The position numbers and the translations under genes are program-made. A DNA stretch of 64,000 nucleotides from Bacteroidetes bacterium CG2_30_33_31. Lineage in GTDB: Bacteria > Bacteroidota > Bacteroidia > Bacteroidales > UBA1556. The stretch is taken from positions 3,598 to 67,597 of the forward strand of contig MNXP01000068.1 in NCBI GenBank assembly GCA_001872625.1, given 5' to 3'. Below the pieces are notes generated by a model. That model did not search any database. It saw only the letters and a list, made by a program, of their open reading frames with translations, and was not told where the DNA came from. Positions 19,793 to 30,511 of the stretch are shown here, one piece after another. Every line of letters starts with the position of its first letter. Position 1 is the stretch's first letter.

Positions 19793-20773
19793 ATGAACAG
19801 AAAATTACTTTTTATAAGTTTTATGCTTTTAAGTGTGTTTGGATATGCGCAACAGGAAATTCAATATACGAATTTTATGTTTTCGAATATGGCATTCAAC
19901 CCTGGCTATGCAGGAAGCAACGATGCTATCAGTGCAACAGCACTTTACAGACAGCAATGGATTGGGTTTACCTCAACTTATGGAGGAGATCAAGGCGCTC
20001 CAGAAAATATATATTTTACTCTTGAAAGCAATGTAAATGCAATTCATGGTGGAATTGGCTTATCCATTATTAAAGATAAAATTGGCTTTGAAGATAATAT
20101 AGGAATTCGCTTAGCATACGCTTATCGACTTAATTTAGGCCCCGGAAAACTTGGCATTGGACTTCAGGCTGGAGCTATCAATAAAAAAGTTGATTTTTCT
20201 AAATTTGTTCCCACAGACCCAACCGACCCTTTGCTTCAAAGCAAAAATGTTCAAACGTCAATGTCACTCGATATGGCTTTTGGAGCATACTATAAAATCG
20301 ACCAGCTTATGTATGCTGGTATTTCAAGCACACAACTCAGTCAATCCGTAGCACAATTTCAAAGCGGATTAGGAAGCCCTCAATACAAAAGGCACTATTT
20401 TATTTATGGAGGTTACTATTATCAACTGCCTACAATGCCAAACATAGTAATTAATCCGAATTTATTGGTTAAAACAGATTTTGTATCAGCACAGTACGAT
20501 ATAAATGTGCTTGGTTGGTACAATAATGCAATATATGCTGGCGTTACTTACCGTGCTGTTGATGCAGTAGCCATTTTGGCTGGTATGAAAATTCCCCAAG
20601 TACCTGGATTTGATTTGGGAATATCTTACGACATTACTACATCAGCCATAGGAAGAAAAGGATCTGATAATAAGAAAAGGAGTTTTGGTTCTGCTGAAGT
20701 TTACTTGCACTATTCTTTTGAAATTATAGTGCCTGTGAAACCATCAAGACATAAAACAGTATTATTTTTATAA
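19793..20773 (+). CDS. porP: type IX secretion system membrane protein PorP/SprF family
   Basis: Signal peptide followed by QQEIQYTNFMFSNMAFNPGYAGS and YRQQW, the typical PorP/SprF N-terminus. Lies immediately upstream of gldK. Confidence 0.85.
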   Translation: MNRKLLFISFMLLSVFGYAQQEIQYTNFMFSNMAFNPGYAGSNDAISATALYRQQWIGFTSTYGGDQGAPENIYFTLESNVNAIHGGIGLSIIKDKIGFEDNIGIRLAYAYRLNLGPGKLGIGLQAGAINKKVDFSKFVPTDPTDPLLQSKNVQTSMSLDMAFGAYYKIDQLMYAGISSTQLSQSVAQFQSGLGSPQYKRHYFIYGGYYYQLPTMPNIVINPNLLVKTDFVSAQYDINVLGWYNNAIYAGVTYRAVDAVAILAGMKIPQVPGFDLGISYDITTSAIGRKGSDNKKRSFGSAEVYLHYSFEIIVPVKPSRHKTVLFL

Positions 20774-20829
20774 TGAAACATATTAATTTGGTTCTCGTAA
20801 AAAACCGCAATTGATAAATTAGAGAAGTT

Positions 20830-22203
20830 ATGTTGATTAAATCAAGAAGAAATCTGTACAGTATTTTAGCCCTCGTTGCCGTGTCAATAGGGTTTACTGC
20901 ATGTAGCTCAGACCATGGTGAATTAATCGGTGTTCAAGACCGTGAAGACTGGTATCAAGAAGACCCTTATGGAATGCTCTTCATCCCACAAGGCTCATAT
21001 AATATGGGCGAAAGTGATGAAGACCTCCCTTATGGCCAGATGAATGCAACTCGGACAGTGTCTGTTCAAGCCTTTTATATGGACGAAACGGAAATCACCA
21101 ATAACGAGTATCGCCAATTTGTAGAATGGGTGCGTGACTCAATTGCTCATACGCTTTTAGGTCAAGCAGATAACCCAGAAGAATTAGGTGAGCATTATCA
21201 AATGGATAAAGATGGTAACGTTATTGAATATGGAGATCAAATGCCATATAGTTTAATAAATTGGAGAGAAAAAATAAATTGGGATCAAGAAGAAACCAAA
21301 CTTATCCTTGAAGACCCTAATTATGGTATGTTTCTGCCAGAGCATGAAAGATATTATCATATCAAACAACTCGATACAAGAAAATTAAACTTTGAATACT
21401 ATTGGATTAACTTAAAAGAAGCTGCCAAAAGAGGAAATAGACCTCAAGGTCAGATTGACCGCTCATATTTTATAGAAAAAAGAATTGATAACATTTATCC
21501 TGACACTCTCTGCTGGGTGCATGATTTTACCTATTCCTTTAATGAGCCAATGACAATGAATTACTTCTGGCATCCAGCTTACGACCATTATCCAGTCGTT
21601 GGAGTTACTTGGTTACAAGCAAGAGCCTTTTCAATATGGAGAACTGGCTTAAAACGTAGTAATCAGGAAACTAATGGTGTACCATTTTGGAATGAATATA
21701 GGCTACCAAGTGAATCAGAATGGGAATGGGCTTCGCGAGGAGGACTCGATTTAAACAAATTTCCTTGGGGAGGTCCTTACACAAGAAATGCAAATGGTTG
21801 TTTCTTAGCCAATTTTAAACCATTGAGAGGAAATTACATCGATGATGGAGGTTTACACACCTTAATAGTAGCTCATTATGCACCAAATGATTATGGGCTT
21901 TATGATATGGCTGGTAACGTAGCTGAATGGTGTGATGACTCTTTTGATCCATCTTCATATCGATTTGCACATGATTTGAATATGCAATTTTCAAGAGATG
22001 CAAATGATGACCTTAACACAGCTAATAAAAGAAGAATTATTAGAGGTGGATCATGGAAAGACATTGCTTATTATATAAGCTCAAGCACAAGAACATTTGA
22101 ATATCAAGATACAGCCAAAGCATATATAGGTTTCAGAAATGTACAAACTTATCTCGGTCGTGCAAAAGGTGATGGGCCAAACTCTTCTGCAGTTTACAGA
22201 TAA
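20830..22203 (+). CDS. gldK: gliding motility/T9SS lipoprotein GldK (PorK)
   Basis: Lipobox GFTAC. SUMF1/FGE-type domain (YPVVGVTWLQARAF, YRLPSESEWEWA, YGLYDMAGNVAEW, RGGSWKD). Position is before gldLMN. Confidence 0.9.
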   Translation: MLIKSRRNLYSILALVAVSIGFTACSSDHGELIGVQDREDWYQEDPYGMLFIPQGSYNMGESDEDLPYGQMNATRTVSVQAFYMDETEITNNEYRQFVEWVRDSIAHTLLGQADNPEELGEHYQMDKDGNVIEYGDQMPYSLINWREKINWDQEETKLILEDPNYGMFLPEHERYYHIKQLDTRKLNFEYYWINLKEAAKRGNRPQGQIDRSYFIEKRIDNIYPDTLCWVHDFTYSFNEPMTMNYFWHPAYDHYPVVGVTWLQARAFSIWRTGLKRSNQETNGVPFWNEYRLPSESEWEWASRGGLDLNKFPWGGPYTRNANGCFLANFKPLRGNYIDDGGLHTLIVAHYAPNDYGLYDMAGNVAEWCDDSFDPSSYRFAHDLNMQFSRDANDDLNTANKRRIIRGGSWKDIAYYISSSTRTFEYQDTAKAYIGFRNVQTYLGRAKGDGPNSSAVYR

Positions 22204-22267
22204 ATTAGGGAAATAATATTTACAAGAATAAATTAATTTAGTATTAACCACAAACAATTTAATTATC

Positions 22268-23125
22268 ATGGGTATAAGTAGTTTAGTAAGGAGTAAAGGA
22301 TTTAAAAACTTTATGGCAAAGCTATATGGTTGGGGAGCTTCAGTAGTTTTAGTTGGTGCCCTTTTTAAAATTAATCATTATCCAGGCGCACAAATAATGC
22401 TTGTAATAGGTCTATTGACAGAGGCTGCCATTTTCTTTTTCTCAGCTTTTGAGCCGCCTCATGTTGAACCAGATTGGAGTCTTGTTTACCCTGAACTTGC
22501 TGGTATGTATGAAGGATATAGCGAGGAAAGTCTTCGCCAATTTGGACTTGATGGTGGCGAATCTAAAAGCGTTTCAGGTGAACTTGATAGTATGCTTGAA
22601 GATGCTAAAATTGGACCCGAGCTTATAGAGAGTTTAGGAATAGGGCTAAGAAATTTAAGCGACAACGCCAATAAGATGTCTGATATTTCCGATGCTTCGG
22701 TTGCCACAGGTGAATATACTGCAAATATTAGAACAGCAGCAAATTCTATCAGTGAACTATCCGACAGTTATGTTAAAACATCCAATGTATTAACAGAATC
22801 AACTGAAAAAATCGCTAAATCAGCTGAATCAATTGACTTTTCAGACATCGATGGAAAAGCATTCAGTAATGAATTGACAAAAATTTCTTCAAATTTATCT
22901 GCCCTAAATTCTGTGTATGAGTTGCAATTGAAATCTTCAACAATTCAAACAGAAACTATAGATAAAGTTGGTGAGTCGATGAATACTTTCCTAAGTAATT
23001 TAACACAATCTATCGAGAATACAGCCAAGTACAAGGATCAAGCTAATGAACTTGCCAAGAATGTTGAGGCATTAAACAAAGTATATGGAAATATGCTTAA
23101 TGCAATGAACGTACAACGTTCTTAA
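22268..23125 (+). CDS. gldL: gliding motility/T9SS protein GldL (PorL)
   Basis: Two N-terminal TM helices with GASVVLVGALFKINH and GLLTEAAIFFFSAFEP, then a coiled C-terminus. Confidence 0.9.
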   Translation: MGISSLVRSKGFKNFMAKLYGWGASVVLVGALFKINHYPGAQIMLVIGLLTEAAIFFFSAFEPPHVEPDWSLVYPELAGMYEGYSEESLRQFGLDGGESKSVSGELDSMLEDAKIGPELIESLGIGLRNLSDNANKMSDISDASVATGEYTANIRTAANSISELSDSYVKTSNVLTESTEKIAKSAESIDFSDIDGKAFSNELTKISSNLSALNSVYELQLKSSTIQTETIDKVGESMNTFLSNLTQSIENTAKYKDQANELAKNVEALNKVYGNMLNAMNVQRS

Positions 23126-23165
23126 TGTACACCAATAAATTTATAAATCTTTAAATTAATTATTA

Positions 23166-24866
23166 ATGGCTGGATATAAAGAAACCCCGAGGCAAAAGAT
23201 GATTGGCATGATGTACTTGTTCTACACAGCTTTGCTGGCTTTGAACGTATCTGTCGAGATTCTCAATGCTTTCGTAATAGTAAACGAAGGTATGGAACGT
23301 ACAGTTGCAAACTTCGGTTCCAAAAACGCTATTTTATATAGCGATTTTGAAAAACAATTTGAAATGAACAAAGCTAAGGTAGCTCCATTCTGGGAAGCTA
23401 CTAAAGAAACGAGAACTCTTTCTGATAATCTTATTGCTCAACTGGAAACAGTAAAAAATCAAGTTATAGGCTATACTGAATTTGGCGATAAAAACGCTAA
23501 AAATGTATTATATAAAATGAAAAATGATAAAGGTCATGAAGTTGAAATAAAAGCACCATTACCAAGTGATGTACCTCTTGAGTGGATTAATAGTAAGGAC
23601 AATTATAACAAACCAATGGAAATTCTTTTAGGTGTTCTAAAAGAAGATGGCACAAGTGGAGAAGCAACTAAAATCAAAAAAGCATTTGCTGATTATACAA
23701 ATAACATAATGAAGCTGCTTAAAGGTGATACAATTGGCTTAAATTTAGGACTCAATACTGAAGATAAATATAATTCAAGGGCAGGTATCAGACAAAATTG
23801 GGAGATGAATACTTTTCATCAGACGGTATTAGCTGCTGATATAGTATTATTGAATAAATATATTTCAGATGTTAGAAATATTGAATTTGAAGTTGTAAAA
23901 CGACTATACAGCCAAATAAGCTCACGAGATTTTAAATTTGATAAAATTGCGGCTAAGGTTGTTCCTCATGCCAATATTGTGATTTCTGGACAAGAATATG
24001 CTGCTGATATTTTTGTAGCTGCATATTCTACCACTGATACACCTCAGGTAATTTTAAAACCAGGATTGGACTCAAATTCCATCAAAAAAATTGATTTGAA
24101 TAATGCTGGTGGAGTTACCAGAATTAATAAAGTTAATAATGGAGTTGTTGAATATACAGTAAAAACTGGAGCAACAGGAGAATTTACATACGCCGGTATT
24201 ATAAATGTAAAGCAACCCGACGGAACTTTAAAAGCTTATCCTTTTAGTTCATCCTATAACGTTATAAAACCAACTGCAACGGTATCTGCAGATAAAATGA
24301 ATGTGGTTTATCGAGGTCTAAGTAACCCTATGTCAGTATCAGCACCTGGATTTACGAACGAAAATGTAAGTCTCTCCTCAAGTGGGGGTGGCACATTAGC
24401 AAGGACATCACCAGGACATTATTTCTTTACGCCATCAAAAGATAGTAAAGCAAAAGACGTAACTTTCTTTGTATCTGCAAAATCAGGAAAAGGTTCACAA
24501 CGCTTAGGTGAATTTAAGTACAGAATCAAAAATTTACCTCCTCCAACAATAACTCTTGCTGGGAAAGTTGATGGTGAAACAGTTAGCAAAACCGTAGTGC
24601 TTGCAAGCCCATATCTAAGAGCTCAATTACTTGACTTTTTGTTTGATGGGGTAAGCTACAACGTAACATCATTTGAGTTTTATGCCTCGCATCCTATAAA
24701 GGGGAAAATTGCCCTTGAAACAGTGAAAGGAAGTTCATTAAATGCAACAATAATAGCTGCTTTAAGAAAAGCTCCAGCTGGTACGAGAGTTAGTATTTCC
24801 TCAGTAAATGTTGTAGGACCTGATGGAGGCAAAAGAGCTTCAGGATTAAATATTATCTTAAACTAA
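23166..24866 (+). CDS. gldM: gliding motility/T9SS protein GldM (PorM)
   Basis: N-terminal TPRQKMIGMMYLFYTALLALNVS followed by a long periplasmic region. Operon order supports the call. Confidence 0.9.
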   Translation: MAGYKETPRQKMIGMMYLFYTALLALNVSVEILNAFVIVNEGMERTVANFGSKNAILYSDFEKQFEMNKAKVAPFWEATKETRTLSDNLIAQLETVKNQVIGYTEFGDKNAKNVLYKMKNDKGHEVEIKAPLPSDVPLEWINSKDNYNKPMEILLGVLKEDGTSGEATKIKKAFADYTNNIMKLLKGDTIGLNLGLNTEDKYNSRAGIRQNWEMNTFHQTVLAADIVLLNKYISDVRNIEFEVVKRLYSQISSRDFKFDKIAAKVVPHANIVISGQEYAADIFVAAYSTTDTPQVILKPGLDSNSIKKIDLNNAGGVTRINKVNNGVVEYTVKTGATGEFTYAGIINVKQPDGTLKAYPFSSSYNVIKPTATVSADKMNVVYRGLSNPMSVSAPGFTNENVSLSSSGGGTLARTSPGHYFFTPSKDSKAKDVTFFVSAKSGKGSQRLGEFKYRIKNLPPPTITLAGKVDGETVSKTVVLASPYLRAQLLDFLFDGVSYNVTSFEFYASHPIKGKIALETVKGSSLNATIIAALRKAPAGTRVSISSVNVVGPDGGKRASGLNIILN

Positions 24867-24871
24867 ACGTT

Positions 24872-25756
24872 ATGAAAAAGATTATCATTTTCATTTTAAT
24901 TGCATTTTCCTTTGAAGGTTACTCTCAGATTTTGGATCCTGTATTAGGACCAAGAAGTTATAAAAAAGAAGATAACGCTCAAAGAGAAGCAATTGCATTA
25001 ACTCCCATTAGAGAGGCTGATGTAATGTGGTCTACACGAATTTGGAGAGAAATTGATTTGCGTCAGAAAATGAATCAGCCTTTATATTTTCCTTTAGACT
25101 CTGCTCTTCATGGAAAAAGATCTTTAGTTCAGATTTTATATGATGACTTCATTAATAATCCTGCATCTAATGTAAAAATGTATAAAAATGATAATTTTTT
25201 AGTACCATTAACACAGGAAGAAGCAGTAAGAATGGTAGCTCGTCAAGATAGCGTCTGGAAAATTGATTCACTGGGAAACGCAGTTAGATTTTTTGCACAA
25301 AATCTTTTTGATGATGTAAAACCAAAGATTACAAAGATTGAATTAATGGAAGACCAATTATTTGATAAACAGCGCTCAGTTATGGACGTTAGGCTTTTGG
25401 CACTATCAATTAAAATTCCAGTTTATCAAGTTGATGAAAGTCTTGATGTATTCAATAATGTTGTTGTTTTCAATGGTTACAAAATAATGGACGGCTATAA
25501 TGAACTTTGGTTCTTTTTCCCTGACTTGAGACCAACATTTGCTGTTTTAGAATGCTACAAAAGGCAAAATGATGCTGCAAGGTTAAGCTACGATGACATA
25601 TTTCTACAAAGAATTTTTTCGAGTTATATTTATAGAGAAGAAAATGTTTTTGATAGAACAATAGCTAACTATACTGCTGGCTTAGATGCACTTCTTGAAT
25701 CCGAAAATATTAAAAATAATATTTCTGAACTTGAACAAGACTTGTGGCAATATTAA
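24872..25756 (+). CDS. gldN: gliding motility/T9SS protein GldN (PorN)
   Basis: Signal peptide; size and position after gldM; RIWREIDLRQKMNQPLYFP region. Confidence 0.85.
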   Translation: MKKIIIFILIAFSFEGYSQILDPVLGPRSYKKEDNAQREAIALTPIREADVMWSTRIWREIDLRQKMNQPLYFPLDSALHGKRSLVQILYDDFINNPASNVKMYKNDNFLVPLTQEEAVRMVARQDSVWKIDSLGNAVRFFAQNLFDDVKPKITKIELMEDQLFDKQRSVMDVRLLALSIKIPVYQVDESLDVFNNVVVFNGYKIMDGYNELWFFFPDLRPTFAVLECYKRQNDAARLSYDDIFLQRIFSSYIYREENVFDRTIANYTAGLDALLESENIKNNISELEQDLWQY

Positions 25757-25775
25757 AATATAATTGCTTTATAAA

Positions 25776-25808
25776 AACTCCTCCCAATTCGGGAGGAGTT
25801 TTTTTTTA
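25776..25808 (+). terminator. rho-independent terminator of the porP-gldKLMN operon
   Basis: aactcctccc/gggaggagtt 10-bp stem, 5-nt loop, followed by T7. Confidence 0.85.
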
Positions 25809-25833
25809 TCTTTACTTTCAATTAAATCATTAA

Positions 25834-27939
25834 ATGTCCGAAGTAAATTTATTAGAAACGCCAATAAAATTTCTTAAAGGAGTTGGTCCTAAGAAAGCTA
25901 TTTTGCTTTCCAGTGAATTGAATATTAATGTTTTTGAAGATCTTTTAAACTATTTTCCTTTCCGCTATATTGATAGAAGCAAATTTTTTAAAGTTTCCGA
26001 AATAAATAGCGACTCCATATTTTACCAATTAAAAGGAAGAATTTCAAGAATGGAAAGCTTTGGAAAAGGTAGAGGACAAAGATTAACAGCTGTCTTTAGC
26101 GACGAAACAGGCTCAATTCAATTAGTTTGGTTTCAAGGTATTAAATGGATTATCGAAAAAATAAAAACAAATAAAGAGTATATAATCTATGGCAAACCAA
26201 ATAACTATAGAGGTAGATATACTATAAACCATCCAGAAATAGAAGAAATTGACAACGAAATTGACTTCGAGAAATATCTATATCCAGTTTACCATACGGG
26301 AGATAAACTCTCAATATCTGGACTAAATTCGAGAGGGATTTCTCAACTGCTAATAAATCTGCTCCAATCTATTTCTAAAGTTATACCTGAAAATTTGAGC
26401 CAAAAAATTCTCTCAGATAATAATTTTCTGGCTCGTAAAGATGCTTTTGTTTATATACATTTCCCGCCAAATAATGAACTATTAGAAAAATCGAAAAAAA
26501 GATTAATTTTTGAAGAGTTATTTTTTATTCAATTGGGAGTTATAAAATTAAGATTGCATCGCAACCTTAAATCTCAAGGACACATCTTTAAAAATGTTGG
26601 AAAATATTTTAATGATTTTTATTCCAAATATTTACCCTTTGAGCTTACTAATGCACAGAAAAAAGTTATCAAGGAAATTCGATCCGACATGGGGAAACCA
26701 CATCAAATGAATCGCCTTTTACAAGGTGATGTTGGCAGTGGAAAGACTCTGGTAGCACTCCTTTGTATGCTAATAGCAGCCGATAATTCATACCAATCGG
26801 CACTCATGGCACCAACAGAAATTCTTGCAATTCAACATTATAATTCAATTACGAAAATGTTAGCAGGTATGGATATTAATGTTGCTATCCTTACGGGCAG
26901 CTCAACCACAGCTCAAAGAAAAATAATTCATAAAAATCTTTTAGATGGCACTTTACAAATTATTATTGGAACACATGCATTAATTGAAGATGTTGTAAAA
27001 TTTAATAATCTTGGTTTTGTTGTCATCGACGAACAACACAGATTTGGAGTAGCTCAGCGAGCAAAATTGTGGACAAAAAATGTAATACCTCCAGATGTGC
27101 TTGTAATGACCGCAACTCCTATTCCAAGAACTATGGCAATGACTCTTTATGGAGATTTAGATTATTCGGTTATTGATGAACTTCCAATGGGCAGAAAACC
27201 AATAATAACCCTGCACTTCACTGAAGCATATAGGCTTAGGGTATTTAAATTCATGAAAGAAATAATTGATAAAGGACATCAAGTTTATATTGTTTATCCA
27301 TTAATTGAAGAATCTGAAACCCTTGATTTGAAAAATCTTATGGAAGGTTATGAAGCCATAAGTAGATCATTCCCATTACCAAAATATAAATTAGGAATTG
27401 TACACGGAAAAATGGAGCCAAAAAACAAAGATTTTGAGATGCAAAATTTTGCTCATGGCATAACTAATATACTCATCTCCACAACAGTTATTGAAGTTGG
27501 AGTAGATGTTCCAAATGCATCTCTTATGATAATTGAAAATGCTAATCGATTTGGTCTTTCCCAATTGCACCAGCTCAGAGGAAGAGTTGGTAGAGGCGAT
27601 GAACAATCATATTGCATTCTAATGAGTGAAGGAAGACTTTCTAATGAAGCTAAAACTCGTCTTGAAACTATGGTAGAAACATCTGATGGATTTAGAATTG
27701 CAGATATAGACCTTAAACTCCGAGGTCCAGGAGATTTGCAAGGGACTCAACAAAGTGGGTTGTTAGACCTAAAAATTGCAGACATAATTAATGATGAGAA
27801 AATTGTAAAACACGCAAGGGCTACTGCTAACAATCTCCTTGAAGATGACCCAAACCTAGAAAAAAAGGAGAATTTTATTATTAAAAATTATCTTTTAATG
27901 CACAAAACAACAAGTTTTGATTGGGGTAAAATAAGTTGA
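25834..27939 (+). CDS. recG: ATP-dependent DNA helicase RecG
   Basis: Wedge/OB N-terminus, GDVGSGKT (Walker A), DEQHRFG, QLRGRVGRG. Confidence 0.95.
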   Translation: MSEVNLLETPIKFLKGVGPKKAILLSSELNINVFEDLLNYFPFRYIDRSKFFKVSEINSDSIFYQLKGRISRMESFGKGRGQRLTAVFSDETGSIQLVWFQGIKWIIEKIKTNKEYIIYGKPNNYRGRYTINHPEIEEIDNEIDFEKYLYPVYHTGDKLSISGLNSRGISQLLINLLQSISKVIPENLSQKILSDNNFLARKDAFVYIHFPPNNELLEKSKKRLIFEELFFIQLGVIKLRLHRNLKSQGHIFKNVGKYFNDFYSKYLPFELTNAQKKVIKEIRSDMGKPHQMNRLLQGDVGSGKTLVALLCMLIAADNSYQSALMAPTEILAIQHYNSITKMLAGMDINVAILTGSSTTAQRKIIHKNLLDGTLQIIIGTHALIEDVVKFNNLGFVVIDEQHRFGVAQRAKLWTKNVIPPDVLVMTATPIPRTMAMTLYGDLDYSVIDELPMGRKPIITLHFTEAYRLRVFKFMKEIIDKGHQVYIVYPLIEESETLDLKNLMEGYEAISRSFPLPKYKLGIVHGKMEPKNKDFEMQNFAHGITNILISTTVIEVGVDVPNASLMIIENANRFGLSQLHQLRGRVGRGDEQSYCILMSEGRLSNEAKTRLETMVETSDGFRIADIDLKLRGPGDLQGTQQSGLLDLKIADIINDEKIVKHARATANNLLEDDPNLEKKENFIIKNYLLMHKTTSFDWGKIS

Positions 27940-27966
27940 AAGCATCAATACTTTTAATTAATTTTG
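27936..27966 (+). promoter_or_regulatory. candidate -33/-7 promoter for pheT
   Basis: TTG at 27936-27938 and taattttg at 27959-27966 (20-nt spacer). The -7 G lies 33 nt upstream of the ATG. The -33 element overlaps the recG stop. Confidence 0.4.
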
Positions 27967-27999
27967 TCAACATTTTATTTCATATTTAAATACTTATAA

Positions 28000-30459
28000 A
28001 TGAAGATTTCATACAATTGGCTTAAGAATTATATCAACATTAATGTTGAACCAAATAAATTATCTGAATATTTAACCGACTGCGGTCTTGAAGTTGAAAG
28101 CTTTCAAAAGGTAGAATCAATAAAAGGTGGACTAAAAGGAGTAATCGTTGGAGAAGTAATTAGTTGCTCTAAGCATTTGAATGCTGACAAATTGAGTGTT
28201 ACAACAATTGACATTGGAAATAATATAACACTACCAATTGTTTGTGGAGCTCCAAATGTGGAAAAAGGACAAAAAGTATTGGTTGCCACTGTCGGCACCA
28301 TTTTATATAATGGAAATGAAGCTTTTGAAATAAAAAAATCTAAAATTAGAGGTGAAATCTCTGAAGGAATGATTTGCGCAGAAGATGAATTAGGTTTAGG
28401 CAAATCACATGCTGGTATAATAGTTTTGGAAAACTCTGTGGAAAAAGGGACTTTGGCATCCGAATATTTTAAAATTGAAACTGATTATGTTTTTGAAATT
28501 GGTCTAACTCCCAATAGAGCCGATGCCACTTCTCATATTGGCACAGCCAGAGACCTTGTTGCTGTCCTTAATAGATTTAATGCTAATGAAACTTTTTCAT
28601 TAAATAAACCTGATGTTTCGGAATTTAAAATAGATAATAATTTACTTCCGATAGAAATCAAAATAGAAGATTCTATTGGCTGCAAAAGATATACAGGCAT
28701 TACGCTCAAAGGAATCAAAGTTGAAGATTCGCCAAAATGGCTCCAAATAAAACTTGAAAATATTGGGATTAGACCAATAAATAATATAGTCGATATCACT
28801 AACTTTGTATTGATGGAAAATGGGCAACCTCTTCATGCTTTTGATTATGATAAAATTGAAGGGGAAAATATTATCATAAAAAAATTGCCTTCGGGCACAA
28901 AATTTACTACTCTTGACGAACAAGAAAGATTGCTCTCGGGCAACGATTTAATGATTTGTGATGCAAAAAAACCTTTATGCTTGGCTGGAATTTTTGGAGG
29001 AAACAACAGCGGCATTTCAGAGAAAACTACAAATATATTTATAGAAAGTGCCTATTTTGATCCAGCAACTATTAGAAAATCTTCAAAATATCATGCTTTA
29101 CAAACAGATGCTTCATTTCGCTTTGAAAGAGGCGCAGACCCAAATATAACAGATTATGCTTTAAAAAGAGCAGCCATGTTAATAAAGGAAATCGCAGGAG
29201 GCGAAATTGCATCAGAAATAATTGATATTTACCCTACTCCTATTTTAAATTGGAAAATTAAAATTAACTATAAAACTATTTCTAAAATTATCGGCGATGA
29301 TATTCCAAAAGAGTATATAAAAACCATAGTTTCTGATTTAGAAATGGCGATTTTAAATGAAGATGAAAAAGGGTTAGTTCTTGAAGTTCCAACTTTTAAA
29401 GTTGATGTAGTGCGTGAAATTGATGTAATTGAAGAGATTTTAAGAATATATGGCTATAATAATATTAAGCTTGACGACCATATAAAATCCGCAATTTCAT
29501 ATACTAAAAAGCCTGATGACGAGAAGATCAAAAACTATGTCTCAGATTTTTTAGTTGCAAAAGGTTACTTCGAAACTATGAATAACTCCCTATCAAAGGA
29601 AGACTATTACAAAAAATATAATTTTCAAAGTCGGAATAGTATTTCAGTGCTAAACCCATTAAGTTCTGAACTAAATATTATGAGACAAGATTTAGTTTTT
29701 GGTATGTTAGAATCAATAATTAGAAACATTAATTTCAAAAACAAAAATCTTCAGCTCTTTGAATTTGGCAAACATTATTCTTATAATTCGGAAAATAAAC
29801 TCGAAGATTTATCGAAATATTCCGAATCGTCGCACCTTGCTATTGCCATTTGTGGTAATGAAAAGGATGAAAATTGGAAATATCAGAAGGAAATTTCAGA
29901 CTTTTTCACTCTTAAAGCATTGCTTATTAGCATAATAAAGAGTCTGGGTATCGAATTGGAGAAATTCAATATAGTTGAAGATAATTCAAATATCGGCATT
30001 TTCGAAAAATCTCTTACTTACTACTATAATAGCCATTTAATAGCTCAGATTGGAATATTAAATAAAAATCTATTAAATGATTTTGATATTTCTGAGTTGG
30101 TTTCTTATGCAGATATTAATTGGAAAAATCTATTAAACCTGACCACTTTGAATAGAATAAGTTTCAAGGAGCTGAATAAATTTCCTGTGGTTAGACGCGA
30201 TTTAGCATTACTTATGGATAAGAATGTACGGTTTGATGACATTAAAACTTTTGCATATAAATCAGAGTCGAATTTGCTTAAAAACGTAAATCTATTTGAT
30301 GTTTATGAAGGCAAAGGAATTGAAAAAGGAAAGAAATCTTATGCTATAAGTTTTTCCATACAAGATGAAAACAAAACACTCACTGACAAGCAAATAGATA
30401 AAATAATGAGTAAAATTGTTTATTCTTTGGAAACAAATCTAAATATTAAATTAAGATAA
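28000..30459 (+). CDS. pheT: phenylalanine--tRNA ligase beta subunit
   Basis: MKISYNWLKNYI start, tRNA-binding OB domain, B3/4 and B5 domains, and a ferredoxin-fold anticodon-binding C-terminus. Confidence 0.96.
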   Translation: MKISYNWLKNYININVEPNKLSEYLTDCGLEVESFQKVESIKGGLKGVIVGEVISCSKHLNADKLSVTTIDIGNNITLPIVCGAPNVEKGQKVLVATVGTILYNGNEAFEIKKSKIRGEISEGMICAEDELGLGKSHAGIIVLENSVEKGTLASEYFKIETDYVFEIGLTPNRADATSHIGTARDLVAVLNRFNANETFSLNKPDVSEFKIDNNLLPIEIKIEDSIGCKRYTGITLKGIKVEDSPKWLQIKLENIGIRPINNIVDITNFVLMENGQPLHAFDYDKIEGENIIIKKLPSGTKFTTLDEQERLLSGNDLMICDAKKPLCLAGIFGGNNSGISEKTTNIFIESAYFDPATIRKSSKYHALQTDASFRFERGADPNITDYALKRAAMLIKEIAGGEIASEIIDIYPTPILNWKIKINYKTISKIIGDDIPKEYIKTIVSDLEMAILNEDEKGLVLEVPTFKVDVVREIDVIEEILRIYGYNNIKLDDHIKSAISYTKKPDDEKIKNYVSDFLVAKGYFETMNNSLSKEDYYKKYNFQSRNSISVLNPLSSELNIMRQDLVFGMLESIIRNINFKNKNLQLFEFGKHYSYNSENKLEDLSKYSESSHLAIAICGNEKDENWKYQKEISDFFTLKALLISIIKSLGIELEKFNIVEDNSNIGIFEKSLTYYYNSHLIAQIGILNKNLLNDFDISELVSYADINWKNLLNLTTLNRISFKELNKFPVVRRDLALLMDKNVRFDDIKTFAYKSESNLLKNVNLFDVYEGKGIEKGKKSYAISFSIQDENKTLTDKQIDKIMSKIVYSLETNLNIKLR

Positions 30460-30465
30460 GAAAGG

Positions 30466-30503
30466 CAAAAAAAATGCTGACCGTTTGGTCAGCATTTTTT
30501 TTT
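30466..30503. terminator. bidirectional terminator between convergent pheT and gldJ
   Basis: A-run, atgctgacc/ggtcagcat stem with a gttt loop, then T9. Confidence 0.85.
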
Positions 30504-30511
30504 GCTTATTA